A DNA stretch of 40,182 nucleotides from a virus (lineage: Duplodnaviria; Caudoviricetes). Where the stretch lies: positions 1 to 40,182 of IMG/VR virus record IMGVR_UViG_3300043672_000026. One strand, 5' to 3'. Both the position numbers and the translations under genes were made by a program. Below, in pieces: positions 32,374 to 40,182 of the stretch. A model generated the notes under the pieces. It was not told the DNA's origin, searched no databases, and saw only the letters and a list, made by a program, of their open reading frames with translations. Each line of letters starts with the position of its first letter. Position 1 is the first letter of the stretch.

Positions 32374-32766
32374 TTACATGTAGAAGACGACGACCCGGAA
32401 CTTCCCGGCGGTCAGCGCGGCCGTGCCGATCGTGACCGCCAGCGAGCGAACCGCGGTCGTCTTGACCGTGGTCGCACCGGTGAACGCGGGGACCACGCTC
32501 TTGATGCCGGTCGTCGACCACGGCGCACCGGACACCACGACCGCGGCCTGAATGTCGGCCGCCGCATTGGAGTTGACGCCCATCGTCGCGGCGCCGCCGG
32601 AGGTGACCAGGGTGGTCACTTCGATGTGCCCGCCGACGATGTACGCGCCGGACGGGATGGTGTTGTCGCCGCGCAGCGTGATCGTGGAGACCGCGCCGCC
32701 GTCGACCGCGAAGTCGTATTCGCCGATGCACGCCTTGAGGCGTGTCGTGCCGTCGATCGTCGGCAT
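32374..32766 (-). CDS. Putative capsid decoration protein
   Basis: Beta-rich 130 aa coupled (TGATG) to the capsid gene; EYDFAVDGGA...ALTAGK. Confidence 0.65.
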   Translation of the reverse strand: MPTIDGTTRLKACIGEYDFAVDGGAVSTITLRGDNTIPSGAYIVGGHIEVTTLVTSGGAATMGVNSNAAADIQAAVVVSGAPWSTTGIKSVVPAFTGATTVKTTAVRSLAVTIGTAALTAGKFRVVVFYM

Positions 32767-34016
32767 CAGATACCCGTGACCGTGCAGATCGCGGCCGGCC
32801 GGTACACGACCAGGGCGACACGGACGTCGGCGCGGACCGCCTGCTTGCCCTCGACGAAGAACGTCGAGTGGCTGTTGGAGATCTGTACGTCGATGCCCCG
32901 CCGGGTCGACAGCTCCGTGTAGGAGGTGTCCACCGTCAGGCCGGTGTTCTGGGTCTGCGCATCGGACTGCGCGACCGGCAGGCCCCACAGCGTCTCCGGA
33001 CCCATCCCGCTGGGGTTGCCCCAGATGTAGATGCCGTCCGCCGTACGCAGCAGCTTCACGTCCTGCCAGTCCAGCGGGTGGATGATGTGCGCGTTCGGCA
33101 GCGCCCGGCCGGTAACCCGGATCAGGGTCATCGCCTTGTAGAAGGAATCCGGGGTCGGGTCCGCGCCCTTGGCCTGGGTCTGGATACCGACGATGTTGTT
33201 CAGGCCGCGAAGGTTCGGCGAGGTTCCGTTCCCGACGAGGATCTGCGAGTCGAGGCGCTGGCGGAGCATGAACCGCAGCCGGTTGTCGACGTAGCCCTGC
33301 GCCTGCTCGACATCCTCCAACTGCTCATCCGTGATGGGGATGAACGTGGCGACCTTCCGCACCGGGCTGGACTGCTCGGTCAGGACCAGCGCCGACTCGG
33401 CGTAGGTGCCGCCTTCGAGGGCCTCGGCCGCGTTGTTGGTGAACGTGGTCTCTTCCATGTAGACGATCGCGGCCTGCCGGGTCGTCGTCGCCGGAATGAG
33501 GTCCGTGACCTGGATCGGCCGGGTCGCGAAGTCCACCACCGTGCCGGTGCGCGTGGTCTCCGGCGCCCAGCCCGCCGACGTGGTCATGAGCGTCTTCAGG
33601 CTCATGTCCAGCGTCGACTCCGGGCCGATGTTGCCCTTCTTCAGCCGGAACGCATCCGACTTGACGAACAGCTCACCGAAGGACTTGGTGTTGACCTCGA
33701 CGTGGCCCGGCTTGTCGCCGTCGTCGCCCGGCTCAGAGCCGCCCTCCCGGGCATCCGCCCACGCCTTCGCCCGCGCGGCGGCGCGGGCGACGCCCTTGAG
33801 CTGCTCCGTCTCCTTGCCGAGGGTGTCGATCTCCTCGTTCATGACGCGGATCGCGTCGACCTTCGCCGCGCTGTCACCGGCCAGAGACTTGACCAGCGCC
33901 ATGTCCATGGTCGGGCCGGCCTCGGTGAACACGTCGTGCAACTGCTTGTTCTTCAGGTCGAGCTTGCCCTGCGCCTCCTTGAGCGCCGGGAAGTCGAGCA
34001 GGTCGATGTCAGGCAT
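32766..34016 (-). CDS. Major capsid protein, HK97 fold
   Basis: N-terminal delta-like coiled coil; RKVATFIPITDEQLED, QILVGNGTSPNLRG, IIHPLDW, LWGLPV, YRPAA. Confidence 0.93.
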   Translation of the reverse strand: MPDIDLLDFPALKEAQGKLDLKNKQLHDVFTEAGPTMDMALVKSLAGDSAAKVDAIRVMNEEIDTLGKETEQLKGVARAAARAKAWADAREGGSEPGDDGDKPGHVEVNTKSFGELFVKSDAFRLKKGNIGPESTLDMSLKTLMTTSAGWAPETTRTGTVVDFATRPIQVTDLIPATTTRQAAIVYMEETTFTNNAAEALEGGTYAESALVLTEQSSPVRKVATFIPITDEQLEDVEQAQGYVDNRLRFMLRQRLDSQILVGNGTSPNLRGLNNIVGIQTQAKGADPTPDSFYKAMTLIRVTGRALPNAHIIHPLDWQDVKLLRTADGIYIWGNPSGMGPETLWGLPVAQSDAQTQNTGLTVDTSYTELSTRRGIDVQISNSHSTFFVEGKQAVRADVRVALVVYRPAAICTVTGI

Positions 34017-34731
34017 GAATACCCCTTGTCCGGGCGATGTGCCGCAGCAGCTCCGTGTGCAGCACGTTGGGCGGAATGGGTTCGGGCTCCGGCTCGGCCA
34101 GCAGCACGGCGAGCGCCTTGCACCGCGCGTCGATCTGCTCGAGCAACGCCGCCGAGGCGACGCCGAGGCCCTTGCCCTTGTTCTGCCGCTTCGCCAGGAC
34201 GTCCGCGGCGCGCTCGGCGAGAGCGTCGAGGTCGGCCAGGACCGCCTCTGCTTCGCCGATGAAGGTGAGACCGCTTTTCACGGCCAGGGAGCGGGTGTTC
34301 ACGCCGGCACCCATGAGCACCGGGGACACCTCGCCACCCGATTTGATGTGCTCGAGGAACCGGACCCGCCGGTCCTCGAAGTCCCCGTAGCTGAACTTGT
34401 CCGGGTCGCAGCTGTAGGACCACTCCTGCAGCTCGCCCATGTTCTTGACGACCAGGAACGTCGACCGGGCCTCGGGGACGTCCATGAAGAACTGGCCCTC
34501 GAAGACGGCCTCCGTGTCGGTGGTCCGCACGACGCCCTTACCGACGGGCAGCGCACCGGACCAGGACGTGTGGCCGTAGGCGGACATCTTCCACGGGGCG
34601 CCGTCGTCGAATGCCCCCGGCAGGGTCACGTCGCCGTCACGGTCGACCACGTTGAAGGTGGAGAAAACCGCATCGACGAGGCCCTTGTCGGCGTCCTTGA
34701 CCTCGACACGGCCGAGCGTTTTCCTGCTCAC
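34009..34731 (-). CDS. HK97-type prohead protease
   Basis: FNVVDRDGDVTLPGAF, YGH, EWSYS, EVSPVLMGAG. Confidence 0.9.
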   Translation of the reverse strand: MSRKTLGRVEVKDADKGLVDAVFSTFNVVDRDGDVTLPGAFDDGAPWKMSAYGHTSWSGALPVGKGVVRTTDTEAVFEGQFFMDVPEARSTFLVVKNMGELQEWSYSCDPDKFSYGDFEDRRVRFLEHIKSGGEVSPVLMGAGVNTRSLAVKSGLTFIGEAEAVLADLDALAERAADVLAKRQNKGKGLGVASAALLEQIDARCKALAVLLAEPEPEPIPPNVLHTELLRHIARTRGIHA

Positions 34732-36131
34732 TGCTGCTGCCCTCCGCTGGGGTCTGGATCGTGGCCGGGGTCGTCGGCGCCGGGTGGCTGGAGCTGGACG
34801 GAGAACAACCCGCTGTGCTGCCCGGAAAGGCGGCCGATGTCGTCGGACTGCAGGAACGCGACCGCAGCGTCGGGCTCATAGCCAGCGTCGAGGAGCTGTC
34901 GCAGCGCGACGGCCTTCGTGCGCTGAATCTCGGCGATGTCCTTCGCGTCCTCACGGACGAACGCCACGTCACGCTTGTCGATGCACAGCTCGGCGGCCGG
35001 CGCCGGCCGGGCGAACAGGGTCTCCAGGCTCCCGGCAGCCTCAGTCCAAAGATCGGTGAGCGTTCCGTCGGCGACGTTACGGCGAGCCGCGGAGTAGTTC
35101 CCGGCGTTCAGCGAGCTACCGGCCAGGCTCTCCGACAGGCCCACCACCACTGGGTGGACGCCGGCGGCGGCGGCGATCCGGGTTTCCCCCGCCCCGGTCA
35201 GCGCCTTGTAGTCGAGCTTCTGCATGTCCGCGCCGACCACGGTCACGTCGGCGCCGCCGCCCAGCACCAGGGTCTTGTACGCGTTCTCTACGCCCTCATG
35301 GCCGGCTTTGAACCGGGCCACGAACTCGTCGAACGCCTCCGGCGACACGTCCTTGTCGAGGGACACGACGGTCTGCAGGGAGGCGCCGTTCTCGAACCGC
35401 TTCAGCTTGTGCTCGGTCGCGGCCAGGTCGGAGGAGATGTCCCGCAGCACGGGCGTCAGCCACGACATGCCCCGGAAACGGGCGACCGGGTCCGGGACCG
35501 GCGCGTGATGCGACACCTCCGACGGCAGCAGCACCACCGGCTTCTGCCGGGGCCCGCCGACCGCCGCGAGCGGCGGCTCGTAGATCAGCGCGACGACCTT
35601 CGCGTCGATCGCGTACGGGTCGTCGGAATGCGAGCCGATGACCAGGGTCACCCAGTCCGGGCGCAGCCGCGTGATCCTGCGGCCCGGGCCGCCGCGCGAC
35701 GCGTTGCCGTACCGGCCCTGGTCGTCGCACGTCGTGTGATAGCTGTTCCCGGCGTAGGTGGCGTCGACTTCCATCCACGACAGCAGGTTTTTGAGGGTGC
35801 CGCCCGCCCACGGCCGGCGCAGCAGCCGCAGGTCCGGCGAGTCGTAGAACTGGCCCAGCTCACCGTCGACGCGGTCCCGCCACAGGAACTGTCCGGACGC
35901 GAACACCCGCAGTCGGGCATAACAGCATGCGAACACCACACCGGACGCCTTACCGGCGCGGGCCGCATACCCCTCGAAGTCGTGCTCGATGCGCTCCTTG
36001 TCGGGCGCCCAGTTCCCGGGGCCGACCAGGGCGTGACGTAGCGCGTCGAGCTGCCAGAAGTTCGGCTGCGTGAACTGCTTCCGCGAGCCCCGTCCGGCGT
36101 GCCGGGCGTTGACCCGGTCGAGCACCGACAC
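34728..36131 (-). CDS. Portal protein (HK97-type)
   Basis: VFAC, GNSY, LRPDWV, FRGMSWL, FENGA, IAAAAGVHPVVVG. Confidence 0.92.
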   Translation of the reverse strand: MSVLDRVNARHAGRGSRKQFTQPNFWQLDALRHALVGPGNWAPDKERIEHDFEGYAARAGKASGVVFACCYARLRVFASGQFLWRDRVDGELGQFYDSPDLRLLRRPWAGGTLKNLLSWMEVDATYAGNSYHTTCDDQGRYGNASRGGPGRRITRLRPDWVTLVIGSHSDDPYAIDAKVVALIYEPPLAAVGGPRQKPVVLLPSEVSHHAPVPDPVARFRGMSWLTPVLRDISSDLAATEHKLKRFENGASLQTVVSLDKDVSPEAFDEFVARFKAGHEGVENAYKTLVLGGGADVTVVGADMQKLDYKALTGAGETRIAAAAGVHPVVVGLSESLAGSSLNAGNYSAARRNVADGTLTDLWTEAAGSLETLFARPAPAAELCIDKRDVAFVREDAKDIAEIQRTKAVALRQLLDAGYEPDAAVAFLQSDDIGRLSGQHSGLFSVQLQPPGADDPGHDPDPSGGQQQ

Positions 36132-36133
36132 GG

Positions 36134-36391
36134 TCAGGCGTCCGGACCGCGGGCGTCGGCCTGAGCCTGCCGGGCGTCATCCCAGCCGACCTTCACCGCA
36201 GCCGCCGACCAGGTCAGCGCCAGCCACAGACCGGCGAACACCGCGTACCCGCCGCGGCCGACACCGACCAAGATCAGGGCGAGCAGCGACAGCACGGCCC
36301 GGCCGAAGCGCCACTCGCGGGCCTGAGCGGTGATCCGGTCCACGCGCTCGGCGCGGGCCACGGGCAGTCCAGCGGCTTCTATGACGGTCAC
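36134..36391 (-). CDS. Small membrane protein between TerL and portal
   Basis: Hydrophobic segments; GGAGG RBS. Confidence 0.65.
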   Translation of the reverse strand: MTVIEAAGLPVARAERVDRITAQAREWRFGRAVLSLLALILVGVGRGGYAVFAGLWLALTWSAAAVKVGWDDARQAQADARGPDA

Positions 36392-36404
36392 GCCGAGCCT
36401 CCCA

Positions 36405-37874
36405 TCAGATGTACGCGGCCATCGGCCTACGCGCGGAAGGCCGATGCACCCGCGGCGTGCAATGCCCGAACAGGGCCAGCGACGCCGCGGCCAGAGGTGC
36501 GACGTCGGTGGTCAGGTCGTGGCGTTCCCACGCCCACGAATTGCCGATCTTGCGCTTGGCGGCGCCGGCCACCGCGTCGGTCATCACCTGCTGGCCCAGG
36601 TGCTTGACGTCCCGGCCGGCCACGTCCGGGCCGGCCACACCGTCGAAGAGCAGCTGACAGCCGGTCACCACGTCGGCGACCACCACCCGGTGCACGACGA
36701 GCCCGGCCTTCTCAGCAGCGTCCGCGACCGCCTTGTCATCGATCACCATCACCGACGGGCGTTGCGCCTCGATCTGCTTGAGCCGGCCGACGATCCACGC
36801 CGTGCCAGGCCGGTAGTCGTCCCCGGCCTCCGCGGTGCCGGTCACCTCGACCAGCCGGCCGCCGCCCTCGATGTCGGATGCCGCGGCGATAGCCGCGTAC
36901 GAGCGGTCCGGCGGCACGTACACGCCGACCGCCGGACGTCCGGTCGGCATCGCGTCCGGATCCTTGGCGGCGAGCCAGAAGTGTTCCTTGATGACCCGGA
37001 AGCCCAGCTGCGACGGCTTCGGCGGCCAGATGCCCAGGATCTCCCGGGCGAAACCCTTGTCCGTGAGCAGGTCCCGCATGACCTGGACGTTCTCCTCACG
37101 GACCCGGCCCGAGCGCAGCGACGGCAGTGCCGCATGCCAGTTCGCCCGGTCGTCCAGGTCGATGCCGTCCAGCTCGTCGAGGCTGCCGGCCAGGCCGTAG
37201 TCGAGCCAGGCCAGCCGCTCGGCTGTACCCGCTTCGCCGCGGTCGCGCAGCGCCATGAGGATCTGCCCGGACATGGCGTCCAGCGGCGGGGAGCTGGTGT
37301 ACCAGACCTGAGCGTTGTCGACGGCGAGCATCGTCGGCGCCGAGGCTTCCATCTGCTCCTCGGTCAGCGCGTACGCCTCGTCGAGGACCACCAGGTCCCC
37401 GGTGAAACCACGGCCGGCGTTCCTCGTGCGGGCCAGGCATTCGAGCACGGCCCCGTTGACCATCTCCAGGCCCTCTTTGCCGTTGGAGTTGATCACCTTC
37501 TTGACCCGTTTACGCAGGTCATCCGAGCCGTCGAACAAGCGGATGAGCCGCTTGAAGTGCTTCATCGACGTCTTGAGCTCGTGGGCGGTGTGCACGATCT
37601 GCTTCTCGCCGAACAGCACCAGCCCGGCCAGCTCGCGGGCCTCCAGTACGGAACCCTTGCCCTGCTGCCGGGCGACCACCAACCCGACTTCGAACGCCGA
37701 CCAGCGACCGTCCCCGCGCTCGCCGAGGGCGTTGCGCAACACGAACTGCTGCCACGGATCGAGGTGTAGGCCCGCCTGTGCGGCCAGGTCGATGGCCTCA
37801 TCACCCGCGCTCGTGCTGAAACGGGGTACGTGCAGCACCCGCGGCCGTTCCGCGGCCAGGTCGATGACCGTCAT
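36405..37874 (-). CDS. terL: Terminase large subunit
   Basis: LDPWQ, Walker A VARQQGKG, Walker B VVLDEA, YTSSP, REILG, DVAPLAAASLA. Confidence 0.93.
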   Translation of the reverse strand: MTVIDLAAERPRVLHVPRFSTSAGDEAIDLAAQAGLHLDPWQQFVLRNALGERGDGRWSAFEVGLVVARQQGKGSVLEARELAGLVLFGEKQIVHTAHELKTSMKHFKRLIRLFDGSDDLRKRVKKVINSNGKEGLEMVNGAVLECLARTRNAGRGFTGDLVVLDEAYALTEEQMEASAPTMLAVDNAQVWYTSSPPLDAMSGQILMALRDRGEAGTAERLAWLDYGLAGSLDELDGIDLDDRANWHAALPSLRSGRVREENVQVMRDLLTDKGFAREILGIWPPKPSQLGFRVIKEHFWLAAKDPDAMPTGRPAVGVYVPPDRSYAAIAAASDIEGGGRLVEVTGTAEAGDDYRPGTAWIVGRLKQIEAQRPSVMVIDDKAVADAAEKAGLVVHRVVVADVVTGCQLLFDGVAGPDVAGRDVKHLGQQVMTDAVAGAAKRKIGNSWAWERHDLTTDVAPLAAASLALFGHCTPRVHRPSARRPMAAYI

Positions 37875-38089
37875 CCGCCGGCGGCCTTGCGGCGGCGCTC
37901 GTCGCGGCGCTGGCCGATCTCGTCGGCGGGGGCCTGCGACTTGCCGGATGGGATGGCGTCGAGCTCGGCGAGGGTCTGCCGCAGCTCGCGGGCGAGCGGG
38001 GCCAGATCTTTGCCGACTGCCTGGCCGCATTCGTCGACCAGCTGGTCGCGGAGGGCTTCGAGGATTTCGCGGCGACTACCCAAGGTCAC
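37871..38089 (-). CDS. terS: Terminase small subunit
   Basis: LAPLARELRQTLAELD...ADEIGQRRDERR; coupled to TerL. Confidence 0.75.
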   Translation of the reverse strand: MTLGSRREILEALRDQLVDECGQAVGKDLAPLARELRQTLAELDAIPSGKSQAPADEIGQRRDERRRKAAGG

Positions 38090-38202
38090 ACACCGCCCTC
38101 GCGTGATCACTCGGAGGGAGATTTTCCTGACGCTGCGCTTGGGGTCAGGTATGCCCCTTTTTGCGTGTGTACCCCGCCCCCTGCCCCGTGGGCGTGGGCC
38201 GG
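38090..38202. other. Probable cos/packaging region
   Basis: Non-coding gap between HNH and TerS with a GGGGCAGGGGGCGGGG run, A-tracts and a CTGAC...GTCAG inverted repeat. Confidence 0.5.
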
Positions 38203-38502
38203 CTACCAGTTGCGCGAGTATGTCGAGTTGCTTCGCGGCTCGCGTGCTGCTGGTGTGCGTGCACGCATGGCCTTGGCCTGGCCTGCACGCCTGTTGCAGG
38301 TGCTGTGTGCGAGCCCGTTGTACGTGGTGCGGTCGTCGCTGTGGTCCAGGTCCAAGCGCGTCGCGTCGCTGCGCCACATGGGTTGTGCGCATCGTGTGCA
38401 GCGTGTGCCGTCGGGCATGTCCCGGATGGCGTGGCGGCGGGCCTCTTGGTGGGCCCAGCCGTAGCCCTTCTGGGTGGTGGTGCGTGTGTCCCGCCGCCCC
38501 AT
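38203..38502 (-). CDS. Packaging-associated HNH endonuclease
   Basis: TQKGYG.AHQ...CTRC...DLDH...LAHSTCNRRAG; directly upstream of the terminase genes. Confidence 0.82.
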   Translation of the reverse strand: MGRRDTRTTTQKGYGWAHQEARRHAIRDMPDGTRCTRCAQPMWRSDATRLDLDHSDDRTTYNGLAHSTCNRRAGQAKAMRARTPAAREPRSNSTYSRNW

Positions 38503-38522
38503 GAGGTCACCCCGGATACGAC

Positions 38523-38579
38523 GAAGCCCCCGCTGTGGGCGAGGGCTCGAAGTGGCTTCCGGGCAGCATGAGCCTGCCC
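38523..38579 (-). promoter_or_regulatory. Structured late leader (two hairpins, attenuator-like)
   Basis: GGGCAG...CTGCCC and GAGCCCTCGC-CCACA-GCGGGGGCTT stems on the minus strand. Confidence 0.45.
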
Positions 38580-38590
38580 TGATGGCGGTG

Positions 38591-38620
38591 ACAGTACCGT
38601 CCGTGATCAACCCGCGTCAA
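38591..38620 (-). promoter_or_regulatory. Late promoter TTGACG-N18-TACTGT
   Basis: Sigma70/HrdB-like hexamers upstream of the HNH-terminase operon. Confidence 0.55.
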
Positions 38621-39016
38621 CTACGGTTGCTCCGGCTGGGCGATGTCGACCACGTCGATCCCGACGGTACCGATGCGGCCGGTCGCGGTGTCCATGGTTA
38701 TGTGGCCCTCCGCTGCCTGGCCCGGTCGGACCATGACCGGATCGGCTTCGATGGTGCCCGCGTCGGTGTGGACGGTCATGGTGGCTTGCAGGATCTCGGG
38801 TTGCACGGCGATCGGCTGCTCGTCGGTCATGGTTCTCCGCTCCTCGTGATGGTCGGCCGTCGGCACGCGAACCGTGCGGCGTCGCCCACCAGGCCTGTCG
38901 GCCCTGATCATGGTCTCGTGTTCGGACACGGGCTTCCCGCACCGGCCTTGGGCGCATACCCCGTACATGTAGGTTGGGCCGTTATTGTCTATGTACGGGT
39001 GGTCGATGGTGGCCAT
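38621..39016 (-). CDS. Hypothetical protein (possible internal start at 38830)
   Basis: GGGAG RBS before 39016 and GAGGAG before 38830, in the same frame. Confidence 0.55.
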   Translation of the reverse strand: MATIDHPYIDNNGPTYMYGVCAQGRCGKPVSEHETMIRADRPGGRRRTVRVPTADHHEERRTMTDEQPIAVQPEILQATMTVHTDAGTIEADPVMVRPGQAAEGHITMDTATGRIGTVGIDVVDIAQPEQP

Positions 39017-39128
39017 CTGGTCATGCTCCCATCTCGGCGGCCAGCTGCGCGGTGACGTCCTCGGCGTCCTGCCCGCATTCCGGGCAGTGCGGGTGTGGGT
39101 GGGTCGAGGTGCTGCCATCTGGGTTCGC

Positions 39129-40040
39129 TCATGCTGCTGCTCCTTCGCGGTTGCGTCGTGGTGTGCGTGCCAGCCGGGCCGCGATGTCGCCGAACCGGAA
39201 CGTGGGCTCGCCCTCGATCAGGCCGTGGGCGACGATCAACGACCGCGCCGACCAGGCGTTGATCAGCTTGCGGACCTGTTCGGTGCTGCGGTCTCCGCCG
39301 TCGAGGTGCACGGCCAGCCGTGCGGCTTCGGCCGCGGTGAACAGCCGCTCGTCGAGGGCGCGGCGCAGGATCTCCCGGGACCGTTCGACGTGCCAGACGA
39401 GCTGACACCGGCGTTCCGGACATTGGATGGCGGTGCGGCCGTGCGCGGCGTAGAGCACCCGGCCGCAGTCGCACATGCCGACCAGGTCGCGGTCGGGTGG
39501 CCGGTCGACGAGGCGGGCCAGGTCGTCGCAGGCGGCATGCAGGTCGCGGAACGCCTCGTCGGCGGCCGGGTGTTTGCGCAGCCAGCCGGCGGCGCCGGCG
39601 AGCCAGGTGCACGCCTCGGCCAGCGGTGACGGCGGGGTGCGGTCGCGGATCGCCTCGCATGAGCGGTGCGTGCACCGGTACCCAGGCCCGGGCGGCTCGT
39701 GCCCGGGTCGCAGCGGCGGGCACAACGGGCCCGCGGTCGGCCGCCACCGCCGCGGTGTGGGCGCGTCGGTCTCCTCGAGCAGGATCCGCATCCAGCCGCT
39801 GACCGTGTTGCCGATGAGGGCGAGCCGGGTGGAGGCGGTGAGGTCGACGGGTAGCCGTCCGCCGGAGCCGCCCCGTCCGGCCGCCCCGTAGCGCGCCTGG
39901 CGGGCGATGACGGCCTCGGCGTCCTCCGCGTGCCCGGCGGCGGCCGTGAGGGCGTCGGCGAGGCTGTGGGCGTCCTGGGTGCACACGTACGCGGTATCGG
40001 CCATCGGGCGGCCACACCGCACGCACAGGTTCTCGTTCAT
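39129..40040 (-). CDS. Zinc-finger plus C-terminal HTH protein; putative late-transcription regulator
   Basis: CVRC...C; VGMCDCG...CPERRC; TAAEAARL...VRKLINAWSARS...FRFGDI; last large early gene before the late promoter. Confidence 0.7.
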   Translation of the reverse strand: MNENLCVRCGRPMADTAYVCTQDAHSLADALTAAAGHAEDAEAVIARQARYGAAGRGGSGGRLPVDLTASTRLALIGNTVSGWMRILLEETDAPTPRRWRPTAGPLCPPLRPGHEPPGPGYRCTHRSCEAIRDRTPPSPLAEACTWLAGAAGWLRKHPAADEAFRDLHAACDDLARLVDRPPDRDLVGMCDCGRVLYAAHGRTAIQCPERRCQLVWHVERSREILRRALDERLFTAAEAARLAVHLDGGDRSTEQVRKLINAWSARSLIVAHGLIEGEPTFRFGDIAARLARTPRRNREGAAA

Positions 40041-40182
40041 GCGCCTCTCCCTGGTACGAGCGCGATCCAGCACCCCATGCGTTCGGCGAGTCGCACGATG
40101 GCGACTTGTTCGCGGTCGACGTCGGGCATGAGTAGTCCGCGGCGGTAGGCGATGCTGACGGCGTGGATGGTGCTGTTGGCGC
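40037..40182 (-). CDS. LuxR-family HTH protein, 3' part (...MGCWIALVPGRGA*)
   Basis: Continuation of the frame from 263 through the terminal repeat; the stop overlaps the ATG of the next gene (ATGA, 40037-40040). Confidence 0.8.
   Translation of the reverse strand, partial: ANSTIHAVSIAYRRGLLMPDVDREQVAIVRLAERMGCWIALVPGRGA
40056..40182. repeat. Terminal direct repeat copy 2
   Basis: Identical to 1-127. Confidence 0.95.

Larger units (their letters stand above)
1..40055. mobile_element. Complete temperate siphophage genome (actinobacterial host), circular form
   Basis: Full set of packaging, head, tail, lysis, integration/immunity and replication/recombination genes; circular overlap; no host genes. 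Confidence 0.93.

Noticed and set aside
38989-39132. Short ORF MSEPRWQHL... coupled to the Zn-finger gene
   Set aside because: It has an ATGA overlap but is short, low-complexity and overlaps the next gene; not enough support to list

Overview
The window is a complete, circularly assembled ~40.06 kb genome of a high-GC temperate siphophage of an actinobacterium. The host is probably Micromonosporaceae (Micromonospora/Actinoplanes-like); this is inferred from recognised gene families, not from a database search. Bases 1-127 are identical to 40056-40182, most likely an assembly overlap, and a LuxR-type HTH gene reads through the junction. Almost all real genes are on the minus strand and are translationally coupled (ATGA/GTGA/TGATG overlaps). 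Late operon (38502 to ~20017): HNH, putative cos, TerS, TerL, portal, prohead protease, HK97-fold capsid, decoration protein, adaptor, tail terminator, two tail-tube-like paralogues, gp10-like protein, frameshifted tail chaperones, tape measure, one large minor tail protein, an M15-like endolysin and holin-like proteins. Accessory block (16494-19868): an XRE-HTH/TPR-like regulator followed by its own operator array and small Cys-rich genes, a membrane Ig-fold protein and a catalytically dead resolvase-like protein. Lysogeny switch (14654-16497): a BldC/Xis-like HTH, back-to-back leaderless promoters with operator repeats, an XRE repressor with a long tail containing a candidate attP core, and a short arm-less tyrosine integrase ending in LAA. 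Early operon (14881 to 1, then 40182 to 38621): ParB-HTH, YqaJ exonuclease, ERF annealase, RuvC, a replication initiator with internal iterons, several HTH regulators and many small hypotheticals. The most interesting candidates are the integration-dependent-type immunity switch with the adjacent dead resolvase, the XRE-TPR/operator/small-protein cassette, a tiled hairpin array at 12.7-13.2 kb and an apparent catalytic Asp-to-Tyr change in TerL. All product calls come from motif recognition by eye.
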